64,000 bases of DNA, from positions 1,741 to 65,740 of the forward strand of contig JAPKBZ010000008.1 of assembly GCA_028823175.1 (NCBI GenBank), read 5' to 3'. Position 1 is the first letter of the stretch, and each line of letters starts with the position of its first letter. The position numbers were made by a program, and so were the translations under genes. The notes beneath the pieces are model-generated. The model did no database searches and had not been told where the DNA came from. It worked only from the letters and a program-made list of their open reading frames with translations. Positions 1-10,691 of the stretch are shown piece after piece. The DNA is from Myxococcota bacterium. GTDB taxonomy: Bacteria > Myxococcota_A > UBA9160 > UBA4427.

Positions 1-99
1 CGCACGCCCTCGAATAAGATCGCCAAGAACAAGCTCGTGGATGCCGTCGATGACCTGCGAGTTGGTGCCTACGATCGCCTCGACGAGGTCTGGCGCTAG
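1..99 (+). CDS. 3' end of an unidentified protein-coding gene (5' part lies outside the window)
   Basis: Frame is open from the window edge to TAG 97-99 (...KIAKNKLVDAVDDLRVGAYDRLDEVWR*). Too short to assign a family. Overlaps the convergent desaturase stop by a few nt. Confidence 0.3.
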   Translation, partial: RTPSNKIAKNKLVDAVDDLRVGAYDRLDEVWR

Positions 100-968
100 C
101 CGATTTCGTGGATCGTGGCTCCCTGTTTGACCATGATCTCGCGGATCCGGTCGAAGACCTTCGCGTAGCGGTAGAAGGGCACGCGGGGGAAGAGGTGGTG
201 GACCGAGTGGTAGTTCTGCCAGAGCCACGCCCAGGTGATGGGCGTGTTGACCCAGCTCCTAAACAGGATGGTGGACGTGTCCACGTAGCGGCCGGTGGCC
301 GAGTTCGGGTGATGCACGGCGACGGCGAAGAACGTGACGATGATGAGGTTGCCCACCAGGTTGGCGAGGATCGTGAGCCAGAGAACCTCCTGGGCGAAGC
401 CCGCCATGGCGAGGCCGCCCCGGATCCCCACGATGCCGAGAACCTCGACCGCCACCAGCCCCTTCTCCCGGTTCGTGGCTTTAGGCCAGCTTTCGGCGTA
501 GCGGGTGTATTGCCGGGCGATGCTGATAAAGCTCGCCCGGATGAGCGAGACGAAGGTGACCGGGCTGTTGGCCGCCATCCACATGTCGGGGTCGGCTTCG
601 GGATCGTTGGTCTTGCGGTGGTGGGCGAGGTGCTCGGTCCGGTGGATCGTCAGCGGAATCGACATCATGAAGCCCGCCAGGATGCCCAAGGCTTCGTTGT
701 ACCACCGGGTCGGCTGCCCGAAACCCGAAATGTTGCCGTGGACGGCTTCGTGGAGAATGGTGTAACTCGCGTAGACGAGCAGGCTGTTGATGACGAAGCC
801 CGCCGCCATGCCGAGATGGCCGGTCGCCACGGCGACAAAGACCGCCGCGTAGGCGATGGCCACGCCAAGGCATAGGGCGATCGTGCCCCAGGCCACGCCG
901 CCGGTGGACTCTCGAGCAAGACTCATTGCTTCGCGGTCGAGGCTCTTGCTGGTTTCTTTGATGGTCAT
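96..968 (-). CDS. membrane fatty-acid desaturase/hydroxylase family protein
   Basis: 290 aa. Three histidine boxes: HEAVHGN (HxxxH), HLAHHRKTN (HxxHH), HSVHHLFP (HxxHH). Hydrophobic segments present. Its ATG (968-966) overlaps the stop of the upstream acyl-CoA synthetase (ATGA). Confidence 0.85.
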   Translation of the reverse strand: MTIKETSKSLDREAMSLARESTGGVAWGTIALCLGVAIAYAAVFVAVATGHLGMAAGFVINSLLVYASYTILHEAVHGNISGFGQPTRWYNEALGILAGFMMSIPLTIHRTEHLAHHRKTNDPEADPDMWMAANSPVTFVSLIRASFISIARQYTRYAESWPKATNREKGLVAVEVLGIVGIRGGLAMAGFAQEVLWLTILANLVGNLIIVTFFAVAVHHPNSATGRYVDTSTILFRSWVNTPITWAWLWQNYHSVHHLFPRVPFYRYAKVFDRIREIMVKQGATIHEIG

Positions 969-2731
969 AGGCTTGTGGCTTCCTCTACTGTCTTTCGCGC
1001 CCAGTCGTAATCGGCCTTGCCGTTCGGGGCACGCTGGACGTGTTCAACGATGAAGAGATCCTTGGGCACCTTGTAGGCCGCCAAGTTTTCCTTGGTGAAT
1101 TGACGGATCGTGTCGGGATCGACGTCGCTGCCCGGACGAAGCGAGGCCACCCCCGTGACGCGTTGGCCGAATTTTTCGTCTTCCACACCGACGACCAGGC
1201 AGTCGATGACATCGGGATGCGACTTGACCGCCTCTTCGACCTCTTCGGGATAGACCTTTTCACCGGCGGTGTTGATGCAATTCGATCCTCGGCCCAGCAG
1301 GGTCAGGGAACCGTCGGCTTCGACGAGCGCCCAGTCGCCGGGGAAGGAGTACCGGACTCCGTCGATGGTCTTGAACGTGGCGGCGGTTTTTTTCTCGTCC
1401 TTGAAATAGCCCTTGGGAACGGCGCCTCCAGCGGCGACCATGCCGGCCTCGCCCGAGCCGGGGACGATCTCGCGCCCGTCCTCGCTGAAGACCTTGGTGG
1501 TGGGGCTCATGGCGAAGCGCGCGGTTTTACCGATATTGCCCCGGGTGGTGATCTGGGTGCCCATGCCTCCCTCGGTGGATCCCATAGCATCGATCAAGGT
1601 GAAATCGTGCCAGTCGAGGAGCTGCTTCTTGACCTCGGAGGTCCACATCACCCCGGACGAGATGATGAAGCGGATGGAGCTCAGGTCGTAGGCCCGCCCC
1701 TCGCTCTTCGCCGTTTCGAGGGCGGTGAGCATGGGCTTCGCGAAGGTGTCGCCGACGATCACGAGTTGGGTGCACTTCTCTCGCTCGGCCAGCTGCCAAA
1801 GCTCTTCGGAGTCTAGGGCGCGGCTCGAGAGCAGGGTGATAAGTCCTCCGCCGAGGTGGGCGACGAGGGCGCCGAGCCACATGCCCGTGCCATGCATTAG
1901 GGGGCATGCCGGCAGGGAGCGGGTGGGCGCGTCCGCGTCCCATCGCTCCTTGGCGACCGCCGCGATCTGCCCGGCTTCGGGGACGGGGTAGCCGTAGATG
2001 GGATAGCTGAGTTCGAGGAAGCTCTGGCACATGCTCCCGGTCTCGTACATCACACCCTTGGGCATGCCGGTGGTACCGCCGGTATAGAGCATGTAGAGAT
2101 CATCACCGGAGCGAGTGATTCGGGCTGCGGGGTCGTGGCCCGCAATGACGGCTTCGTAATCCAGGGCACCCGGCACAGGCTCCCCGCCATCGTCGACCTG
2201 GATCCACAATTTGACCTTGGGGGCGCGCTCCATCACCCGAGCCACGCGCTCGCCGAGGCTGGTGTGGAAGACCAGGGCCTCGGCATCGGAGTTGTCGAGG
2301 AGGTAGAGGAGTTCTTCGTCGAGGTAGCGGTAGTTGATGTTGACCGCGGCGCCGCGGCCCTTCATGCTCGCGAATTGAGCCTCGAGGTACTCGGTGCTGT
2401 TGTAGAGATAGAGCCCGACCTTGGAGCCGATCCCGAGCCCCGCCCCGGCGAAGGCCGAGGCCAAGCGGCTCGCGCGGTTTTCGTACTCGGTCCAACTGCG
2501 TCGCTGATCACCGCAAACAACGGCGTCCCGGTCGCCGACGCTGTCGGCGATGGATTCCCAAATCGTGGCGTAGTTGTACTCCAAGGTTTCCTCCCATTCT
2601 CGTTTTCGGGCCCCGGGGACCGGGCGTTCAACTCGAAAGCGGAGAATAGCGGCGAAGACCGTTCGGGCAGTCGACGTCGAGAGGGTATCCTGGGCCGGAA
2701 TCGAGGTGGGCGTCAGGGCAGGCTGAGTCAC
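965..2731 (-). CDS. AMP-dependent acyl-CoA synthetase/ligase (FadD-like, ANL superfamily)
   Basis: 588 aa. AMP-binding motif YTGGTTGMPKGV. ANL-type C-terminal region (...YKVPKDLFIVEHVQRAPNGKADY). GTG start at 2731. Confidence 0.9.
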   Translation of the reverse strand: MTQPALTPTSIPAQDTLSTSTARTVFAAILRFRVERPVPGARKREWEETLEYNYATIWESIADSVGDRDAVVCGDQRRSWTEYENRASRLASAFAGAGLGIGSKVGLYLYNSTEYLEAQFASMKGRGAAVNINYRYLDEELLYLLDNSDAEALVFHTSLGERVARVMERAPKVKLWIQVDDGGEPVPGALDYEAVIAGHDPAARITRSGDDLYMLYTGGTTGMPKGVMYETGSMCQSFLELSYPIYGYPVPEAGQIAAVAKERWDADAPTRSLPACPLMHGTGMWLGALVAHLGGGLITLLSSRALDSEELWQLAEREKCTQLVIVGDTFAKPMLTALETAKSEGRAYDLSSIRFIISSGVMWTSEVKKQLLDWHDFTLIDAMGSTEGGMGTQITTRGNIGKTARFAMSPTTKVFSEDGREIVPGSGEAGMVAAGGAVPKGYFKDEKKTAATFKTIDGVRYSFPGDWALVEADGSLTLLGRGSNCINTAGEKVYPEEVEEAVKSHPDVIDCLVVGVEDEKFGQRVTGVASLRPGSDVDPDTIRQFTKENLAAYKVPKDLFIVEHVQRAPNGKADYDWARKTVEEATSL

Positions 2732-2784
2732 CGGATGGTCATTTTGCGCCAGGCCCTGTCCGAGGCCTCCTCAGGGTGGCGATT

Positions 2785-3906
<1,122 letters not shown>

Positions 3907-4314
3907 CGTTTAGCGCGCCGCGCTCGCGCGCCCGGGAATTCCGGGGCTCTTTTCGGCGGTGGGCGAGGCCATTCTTGTCATGGTGTTGGGCTCCTGGTCC
4001 CGGGATTCGGCGGCTCGGGTCAAATGGAAAATATGCCCATCGAAGCGAGGGCGGCCCCGCCGGGTGCATCGCCTGAGGTGCGTTGGGTTCGGCGTTCCGA
4101 ACTCTGCATCCGGGGTCAGGTGCCCTGGGCGCTCGGCTCCAAGGCTACACTGCGGCCCGGGACGCGCCAGACCTGCCGGCGGGCTTTCCGCGATTCTGGG
4201 CCGCCCGGGTCCGGCCGGCGGGCGCCGGTCCCGGTGAAGCCGCTGGCCGAGTATGCGAGGATGGTGGGAGCGGCCGGGAGTGGGGGCCCAGGACATCCGG
4301 GGGGGGGGAGGACG

Positions 4315-4605
4315 ATGCTGACGGGCTACAACACGAACTGTGCATATCGGGGCGTCACTTTTCACGTTCAGACCGAGGACAGCGGCCGCGAGCGACCGCG
4401 CATCGCGACCCACCTCTTCCACGGGGGCACGATTCTGGCGAGTGAGACTTGCGACTATGCCGAGTCATTGGACTCCCCCGACCTGGATCAGGAAGTGAAG
4501 GGCTTGATGGAGGCCCAGCACAAGGCGATGTTGCGCCGCCTGGTCGCCGGTGAACTCGATTCGGAGCTGGCCGAGCGCCTGGGCCCGGGGGTGTTCCCGG
4601 CATGA
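4315..4605 (+). CDS. hypothetical small protein (96 aa)
   Basis: Last 96 codons of track ORF 3235..4605. ATG 4315 follows GGAGG at 4307-4311. The upstream part of the track ORF is antisense to ackA and was rejected. No family recognised (MLTGYNTNCAYRGVTFHVQTEDSG...). Confidence 0.5.
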   Translation: MLTGYNTNCAYRGVTFHVQTEDSGRERPRIATHLFHGGTILASETCDYAESLDSPDLDQEVKGLMEAQHKAMLRRLVAGELDSELAERLGPGVFPA

Positions 4606-4672
4606 GCATTCGGGGGCGGGTCCCGTGGCTCCGGTTTTCGCGCGCCGTCCGCCGGACCGACGGCGGGGTCCG

Positions 4673-5419
4673 ATGGCGCTGAAACCGAAGCTCGAGGCGC
4701 CGGCTCCGCTTCCCCCGGACGTCAAGCGGCCCGAGGCCCCCGTCCGGATGTACGGGGTCTCGAAGTCCTATATGCCCGGCAGCTGGGCGCTGCGCAATGT
4801 CTCTCTCGAGATCGGCCGCGGCGAGTTCGTCTTTCTGACCGGGGCGAGTGGTGCGGGCAAGACGACGCTCCTCAAGCTGCTCTTCGCCGCCGAACAGCCC
4901 ACTGAGGGGCAAATTCTCGTGCTGGGTCGGAATATCGCTCGCTTGAAGGGGAGGGCGGTTCCCGCTCTGCGCCGCCAAGTAGGCGTGGTGTTCCAAGATT
5001 TTAAATTGCTGAACCGGCGGAGTGTCGAGGAAAACGTCGGGGTGAGTCTCGATGTATTGGGATCGCCGCGACGCCGGACCCGCTCTCGGGTCTTCAACAT
5101 GCTTCGCCAAGTCGGGCTTCACGAGCGGCGCGCCGCCCCGCCCCGGGCGCTGTCGGGCGGCGAGCAGCAAAGGGTCGCCATTGCTCGAGCTCTCGTGGGG
5201 GAACCCGAGGTCCTGCTGGCCGACGAGCCGACGGGTAATCTGGATCCGGAGCTCTCGGTGGAGATCATCGAACTGATGTTGGCGGCCGCAGATCGCGGAA
5301 CCGCGGTGATCGTGGCGACTCATGACCATTCCCTGCTGGAGCGTTATGGCAAGCGGGTTCTACGTCTCGAAGGGGGAAATCTCATCGACACCCGCGCCGG
5401 CGGGCTTGGGGCGCCATGA
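4673..5419 (+). CDS. ftsE: cell-division ABC transporter ATP-binding protein FtsE
   Basis: Walker [10 protein letters not shown], signature [15 protein letters not shown], Walker [12 protein letters not shown]. Immediately followed by ftsX with an ATGA overlap. Start is ATG 4673, or alternatively ATG 4748 (MYGVSKSY). Confidence 0.9.
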   Translation: MALKPKLEAPAPLPPDVKRPEAPVRMYGVSKSYMPGSWALRNVSLEIGRGEFVFLTGASGAGKTTLLKLLFAAEQPTEGQILVLGRNIARLKGRAVPALRRQVGVVFQDFKLLNRRSVEENVGVSLDVLGSPRRRTRSRVFNMLRQVGLHERRAAPPRALSGGEQQRVAIARALVGEPEVLLADEPTGNLDPELSVEIIELMLAAADRGTAVIVATHDHSLLERYGKRVLRLEGGNLIDTRAGGLGAP

Positions 5420-6315
5420 ATCGGCGACTCGAAATGGCGGCCCTCCTCGCGGAAAGTTCCTGGCATGGGCTGAGAGCGGCGGGTTTGGCCGGCGGTATCG
5501 CGGTGGCGACCATTGCGACGGCGCTCTTCATGCTCGGCGCCTTCGCCCTGGTGGTGGTCAACATGGAGGGGCTGCTCGACGATTTTGGCCGTGAACTCCA
5601 GATCACCGCTTACCTCGAAGAGGGTCTCACCGAAGCCGAGGCCGAGGCGTTGGCCCAGGGTGTCGGCACCGTGGAGGGCGTCGAGGCGGTGGCCTACGTC
5701 AGCAAGGCGGAGGCCCTCGAACGCTTTCGCGAAATGGCGGGGGGGGCGGCCCTGCTCGACGGGCTCGAGGGGAATCCGCTGCCGGCGTCCCTGAGTATCT
5801 CGCTGCGCCCCGAGAGGCGGACGCCCGAAGGGCTCGTCATCTTGCAGGCATCCCTCGACGGTTTGCCCGGGATCGAGGAACTCGCCCACGGACAGGAGTG
5901 GGTGGAGGGCTATGCGCGGCTGGCCGCGCTGCTCCGGGTGGCCGGCTACGCCCTGGGGGTTGTTCTTTCTCTGGCGGCCCTGTTGATCGTCGCGAACACG
6001 ATTCGCCTCGGGCTCTTTGCCAGGAGCGATGAGGTGGAAATCTTCGAACTGGTAGGGGCCAGCCGACTCTTCGTACGGACGCCCTTTCTGGTGGAGGGGT
6101 TCATCCAGGGGGCGCTGGGGGGAGCGATCGCGGCGCTTCTTCTCGCCCTGGCCTTCGGGCTGCTGGTCCCCGAACTCCGCTACGGGCTCTCTTTCTTTCT
6201 GGGCAACGCGGCCCCGCGCTTTTTTGACTTTGGCGAACTCGTCCGGCTGGTGGGGGGCGGTGCCGGTCTGGGCCTGGGGGGGGCCGGCCTGGCGCTCCTC
6301 GGGTCGAGAGGCTGA
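5416..6315 (+). CDS. ftsX: cell-division permease-like protein FtsX
   Basis: 299 aa. N-terminal TM, large extracytoplasmic loop, three C-terminal TM helices. Position directly after ftsE. Confidence 0.85.
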   Translation: MNRRLEMAALLAESSWHGLRAAGLAGGIAVATIATALFMLGAFALVVVNMEGLLDDFGRELQITAYLEEGLTEAEAEALAQGVGTVEGVEAVAYVSKAEALERFREMAGGAALLDGLEGNPLPASLSISLRPERRTPEGLVILQASLDGLPGIEELAHGQEWVEGYARLAALLRVAGYALGVVLSLAALLIVANTIRLGLFARSDEVEIFELVGASRLFVRTPFLVEGFIQGALGGAIAALLLALAFGLLVPELRYGLSFFLGNAAPRFFDFGELVRLVGGGAGLGLGGAGLALLGSRG

Positions 6316-6324
6316 GGGGAGGCG

Positions 6325-7488
6325 GTGCGCTTTCGCTTGGGCACAGCTGGCCGCGCTCTTGGGGGCGTGGCCCTGGCGCTAGTCCTGGTGCTCCCGGGAA
6401 GCGGGCAGGCTCGGGATGAGGGGGCGAGTGAGCGCGAGATCGCCGCCCTGCGCGCGCGGATTGGAGTCAGCCGGGGCCGGGTTGAGGGCGCCGAGCGCGA
6501 GGTGCGCAACCTGCTGGGGGCGATCCAGGAATTGGACGAGGGGCTCGAGGTGTTGCGCGGCGAGGTGGAAGTGAGTCGTCAGCGCAGCGAGCAGTCGGAG
6601 CAGGCCCATCGGCGCGTCGAGGGCGAGCGCGTGGCCTGGGCCAATCGCCTCGAAAGGACCCGGGTGGCCATGGCGCGCCGGGCGGTGGCGCTCTACAAGG
6701 CGGGCGGTGCCGGCCCCCTCGAGGTGCTCTTCGCTTCCTCGGACCTGCCAGGCCTGTTGGTGCGTATGGGCAATCTCGAACGCCTGCTCGTGCACGACTC
6801 GGAATTGATCGCGCGTTCGGTGCGTGAACTGGCCCAGGTTCGTGTATTGGAAGTCGAGACTCGGGAGGCGCGGGAGCTGTCGGAGGCGGCCCTTGACCGG
6901 CTCGCGCGTCGCAGCGCGGCACTCGGCGCAGAGCGCAGCGCCCGGGGCAAAGCCTTGGAGCGAGTTCGCCGAGACGAGGTCCGGGAGCGTCGCCTGATCG
7001 CCGAGATGGAACTCGCGGCGGAGAAGTTGGAAGAAACCCTGAAAGCCCTGCGCGCACGCGCGGGCCGTTTCGAGGGCAAGGGCTTCGCGGCGCGCAAGGG
7101 CAGGCTACCCCGACCGGTCCAGGGCCAGGTGCGCCGGCCCTTCGGGCGCCTGGTGGACCCTGAGTACCAAACCGAGATTTTTCACAAGGGGCTCGAGATT
7201 CAAGCACCCCGAGGCGACCGGGTGCGCTCGGTGGCGCCGGGCCGGGTCCGCATGGCGGGTTGGTTTCGCGGCTATGGAAAACTCGTGATCGTCGATCATG
7301 GAGAGGGCTACTTCACGGTCTCGGGACACTTGGCGGACATCTATGTCGAGGTCGGCGACTCGGTTGGGCCGGGGGACGCGCTGGGGACCGTGGGCGATAC
7401 CGGATCGTTGGAGGGACCGGGGCTCTACTTCGAGGTCCGTCGGGGAAGCGGGCCGCTGGATCCGGCGGACTGGTTGGCGACGGGGTAG
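6325..7488 (+). CDS. coiled-coil M23/LytM-domain murein hydrolase activator (EnvC-like)
   Basis: Signal peptide, ~230 aa E/R/L/A-rich coiled coil, and a C-terminal LytM domain (GKLVIVDHGEGYFTVSGHL...GLYFEVR). Conserved position after ftsEX. Confidence 0.8.
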   Translation: MRFRLGTAGRALGGVALALVLVLPGSGQARDEGASEREIAALRARIGVSRGRVEGAEREVRNLLGAIQELDEGLEVLRGEVEVSRQRSEQSEQAHRRVEGERVAWANRLERTRVAMARRAVALYKAGGAGPLEVLFASSDLPGLLVRMGNLERLLVHDSELIARSVRELAQVRVLEVETREARELSEAALDRLARRSAALGAERSARGKALERVRRDEVRERRLIAEMELAAEKLEETLKALRARAGRFEGKGFAARKGRLPRPVQGQVRRPFGRLVDPEYQTEIFHKGLEIQAPRGDRVRSVAPGRVRMAGWFRGYGKLVIVDHGEGYFTVSGHLADIYVEVGDSVGPGDALGTVGDTGSLEGPGLYFEVRRGSGPLDPADWLATG

Positions 7489-7518
7489 CATTCTGGCCCC
7501 CTTCCCCTGGAGCAGAAT

Positions 7519-9006
7519 ATGGGTCTCTCTATGAAATGGTCTCGCCGTGCGCGGCGAACGGCCCATTGGGCTGTCGCCGGTGTGCTCGTGCTCGGCCTGG
7601 GCGGGCCGGTCCCGGCCTTGGCGGCGACGGAGGCCCAGACCCAGCGCTACGAGGATCTGGCCCTCTTTGCGAACATCCTCGACCGCGTCCGCGAGAATTA
7701 CGTGGCCCCGGCGGATGAACACGAACTGATGCAGAGCGCCATGCGGGGGCTGCTCGGCGAGCTCGATCCGCACTCGGCTTTTATGCCCAAGGACGTCTAC
7801 GACGAGATGCAGGTCGATACCCGAGGTGAGTTCGATGGCATCGGGATCGAGATCAATAAGGCGCAGGGGCAGTACATCGAGATCGTTTCGCCCTTCGATG
7901 GCACCCCGGCGTTTCGGATCGGGCTCAAGGCCCGAGATTTGATCGTATCCATCTGTCCCACCGAGGTGCCCGAGTCCTGGGCCGAAGGAGAAACCTGCCG
8001 CACCACCGAGGTGATGAGTCTCTTTGAGGCGGTGGAGTTGATGCGGGGCAAGCGGGGAACCGAGATCACCCTCGAGATTCTGCGGGAGGGCTGGCTGGAG
8101 CCCCATTCGTTCACGATTGCCAGGGACGTGGTGAGGGTCGATTCGGTGGAGGGCGAAACCCTGACGCCGGGTTTTGGCTACCTGCGCATCAATGAGTTCA
8201 AGGAGAGGACCAACGACGAACTGACCCGGACCCTGGCCAAGCTCCATTCCGAAAATCCCAAAGGTCTCGAGGGGCTGGTTCTCGATCTGCGCGACAACCC
8301 CGGCGGGCTGCTCAATCAGGCCGTGGCCGTGGCCGATCACTGGCTGGGTGCGGGCCTGATCGTGTACACCCAGGGCCGGGACGAATCTTCGCGCGAAAAT
8401 TATGCTGCGCGCCCGGGTTTCCTTGAGGCTCCGTATCCCATGGTCGTTCTCGTCAATGAAGGCAGCGCCAGCGCCTCGGAAATCGTCGCGGGTGCGCTCC
8501 AGGACCAGGATCGCGCGCTCGTGATGGGGATGCGGACCTTCGGCAAGGGGTCGGTGCAGACGATCTACCCCCTCGACGGCGGGGCGGGGCTGCGTCTGAC
8601 CACCGCCCTCTACTACACGCCGTCGGGTCGCTCGATCCAGGAGGTCGGCATTGAACCCGACGTCGAAGTGCACCCGGGTTCGCCCGAGACGAGTGTGCTC
8701 TACCGCGGGGTGCGAGAGCAGGATCTCCGGGGGCATATCAGTCACGACGCGGCGAGTTCCGGGCTCTCGGACGGCGCTTCCGAAGCCGAACCGGCCGAGG
8801 ATGCGAGCGGCGAAGAGGCCTCGGAGAGCGACCCCCCGGCCGACGAAACCCCGGCCGACGAAACCCGGGCCGACGAAATTCCGGCCGACGAAACCCGGGA
8901 TGTGCTCGTGACCCGGGCGCTCGAAGTGTTGAAGAGTTGGACGTATTTCGACCGTCTGAGCAATCGCCAGGTGGCTCCGGCCCCTTCGGTCCAGGGGAAC
9001 CCGTGA
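7519..9006 (+). CDS. carboxy-terminal processing protease (S41 family, PDZ domain) with acidic repeat tail
   Basis: Signal peptide. S41 motifs LVLDLRDNPGGLL, VVLVNEGSASASEIVAGALQD, RTFGKGSVQT. Extra ~70-aa acidic C-terminal tail. Confidence 0.85.
   Translation: MGLSMKWSRRARRTAHWAVAGVLVLGLGGPVPALAATEAQTQRYEDLALFANILDRVRENYVAPADEHELMQSAMRGLLGELDPHSAFMPKDVYDEMQVDTRGEFDGIGIEINKAQGQYIEIVSPFDGTPAFRIGLKARDLIVSICPTEVPESWAEGETCRTTEVMSLFEAVELMRGKRGTEITLEILREGWLEPHSFTIARDVVRVDSVEGETLTPGFGYLRINEFKERTNDELTRTLAKLHSENPKGLEGLVLDLRDNPGGLLNQAVAVADHWLGAGLIVYTQGRDESSRENYAARPGFLEAPYPMVVLVNEGSASASEIVAGALQDQDRALVMGMRTFGKGSVQTIYPLDGGAGLRLTTALYYTPSGRSIQEVGIEPDVEVHPGSPETSVLYRGVREQDLRGHISHDAASSGLSDGASEAEPAEDASGEEASESDPPADETPADETRADEIPADETRDVLVTRALEVLKSWTYFDRLSNRQVAPAPSVQGNP
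8836..8895 (+). repeat. 15-bp tandem repeat x4 (CCGGCCGACGAAACC) inside the ctp 3' end
   Basis: Units at 8836-50, 8851-65, 8866-80 (3 mismatches) and 8881-95. They encode PADET/PADET/RADEI/PADET. Confidence 0.95.
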
Positions 9007-9049
9007 TCGGCTCGCGCTCGCGGTCCGGTTTTCGGAGCCGCTGGGCGAG

Positions 9050-10285
9050 ATGAGCGAAGCCGACGCCCAGGCGACTCGGGCTCGACGTTTCTACCGCGTC
9101 TCAGAGCTGCTCGGAGGCCTGAACGCCCTGCTCGAGGAGCGGGTGGGGCGCGTGTGGGTGATCGGTGAGGTTGGAAATTTTCATCGCGCGGCTTCGGGAC
9201 ATTGCTATTTCACCCTCAAGGACGAAAGCGGTCAGCTTCGCGCTGCCCTCTTTCGCCGAGCCGCGGACACGATTCCCTTCGAGATCGAGAACGGTCTTGA
9301 GGTGGTCGCTTACGCCGAGGTGAGCATCTACCCGGCGCGTGGCGAACTTCAGTTGGTGGTCCACAAGCTGGAGCCTCGGGGTCGCGGGGCCCTGCAACTG
9401 GCCTTCGAGCAGTTGCGCGCGCGATTGGCCGCCGAAGGGCTCTTCGATGCCGAGCGGAAACGGGCCAAGCCTGGTTTTCCGCGGCGGGTCGGGGTGGTGA
9501 CCTCGCCCACCAGCGCTGCGGTGCGCGACGTGATCGAGGTCTCGGGCCGGCGTTCACCGGGAACGGCTCTGCTGATCTCTCCGACCCGGGTGCAGGGGGA
9601 GGGCGCCGAGCACGAGATAGCCGCCGCCCTGGATGCCGTGTCGCGCCAGCCCGAAATCGACCTCGTCCTTTTGGTCCGGGGCGGCGGATCGTTGGAAGAC
9701 CTCTGGGCCTTCAATACCGACGCGGTCGCTCGGGCGATCGAGCGTTGCCCGGTGCCGGTGATCGCGGGGGTCGGGCACGAGACGGATCTGACCATCGCGG
9801 ACTTGGTCGCCGACTTGCGCGCCCCCACGCCCTCGGCCGCGGCCGAGCATGCCTTCGCGGATCAGGTGGAGATCGCGGTCGGGCTCCAGCGCGACGGACG
9901 TCGCTTGGCCTCGGCGGTTCGGAGCCGACTGGCCGAGGCGCGACAGCACCTGGCAGCCGGGCGCTCGCGGCTGCGTCTGCTCTCACCGGGAGCGCGGCTC
10001 GCGGCCCAGCGCCAACGGATCGAGGCCGCGGCCGAAGGCCTGTTGCGGGTCACGGCTCTTCAGCAGGAGCGGCGGCGTTCGGGGTTGGCCCAGGCCGCTG
10101 GCCGACTCGATTCCCTCTCGCCGCTGGCCGTATTGGGCCGGGGATATGCTCTGGCGACCCGCGCCAGGGATGGGGCCATCGTCCGCGCAGCGAGCGAGGT
10201 GGCGGTCGGCGAAGTGCTCGATCTGAGGCTCGGCGAGGGCGTGCTTGAAGCCCGGGTGGAGGCCCATCCAGAGCCCGAGGACTGA
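9050..10285 (+). CDS. xseA: exodeoxyribonuclease VII large subunit
   Basis: 411 aa. OB-fold N-terminus (VWVIGEVGNFHRAASGHCYFTLKD). GVVTSPTSAAVRDV and LLVRGGGSLEDLWAFN motifs. Confidence 0.9.
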   Translation: MSEADAQATRARRFYRVSELLGGLNALLEERVGRVWVIGEVGNFHRAASGHCYFTLKDESGQLRAALFRRAADTIPFEIENGLEVVAYAEVSIYPARGELQLVVHKLEPRGRGALQLAFEQLRARLAAEGLFDAERKRAKPGFPRRVGVVTSPTSAAVRDVIEVSGRRSPGTALLISPTRVQGEGAEHEIAAALDAVSRQPEIDLVLLVRGGGSLEDLWAFNTDAVARAIERCPVPVIAGVGHETDLTIADLVADLRAPTPSAAAEHAFADQVEIAVGLQRDGRRLASAVRSRLAEARQHLAAGRSRLRLLSPGARLAAQRQRIEAAAEGLLRVTALQQERRRSGLAQAAGRLDSLSPLAVLGRGYALATRARDGAIVRAASEVAVGEVLDLRLGEGVLEARVEAHPEPED

Positions 10286-10388
10286 GCACACGGTTCCTCG
10301 TCGGGACCGCAAAAACTCTTTGGGATCAATACGTTCGGCCTCCAGCTCGATTGTGGATCGGCAGCGGCTGGGGTAGCCTCCCAAGCCT

Positions 10389-10691
10389 ATGGCTCCCTCC
10401 CCCAAAGCCCCTGCCAAGGCGACTGACCCCGAGGCCGCCCCGATTCCCTTCGAGGTCGCCCTCGAGCGTCTCGAGGACGTGGTCGAAAGCCTTGAGACCG
10501 GTGATCTGGCCCTGGAAGTCGCCCTTGAGCGCTTCGAAGAGGGCGTGCACCTGGTGAGCGGCTGCAGCGAGCAATTGGAGGCCGCCGAGCGCCGAGTCGA
10601 GAGCCTGGTCCAGGCCGGGGGTGGGCTTGTCGCGCAACCCTTCGAACTCGGGGAGGACTCGGGAGAGGACTCGGAAGAGGAGGCCGGCTGA
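10389..10691 (+). CDS. xseB: exodeoxyribonuclease VII small subunit
   Basis: 100 aa. FEVALERLEDVVESLETGDLALEVALERFEEGV helical-hairpin signature. Follows xseA. The acidic tail contains a 12-bp duplication (10653-10676, GEDSGEDS). Confidence 0.85.
   Translation: MAPSPKAPAKATDPEAAPIPFEVALERLEDVVESLETGDLALEVALERFEEGVHLVSGCSEQLEAAERRVESLVQAGGGLVAQPFELGEDSGEDSEEEAG

Noticed and set aside
7105-8745. 546-aa minus-strand ORF
   Set aside because: Entirely antisense to the well-supported M23 activator and Ctp genes. Arg/Gly/Pro/Ala/His-rich composition with no motifs. A typical high-GC shadow ORF.
8836-8895. Tandem repeats (here, at 11524-50 and at 37397-450) considered as possible CRISPR-like arrays
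   Set aside because: The units are 6-15 bp and directly abutting, with no spacers. No cas genes are present. These are simple tandem repeats.
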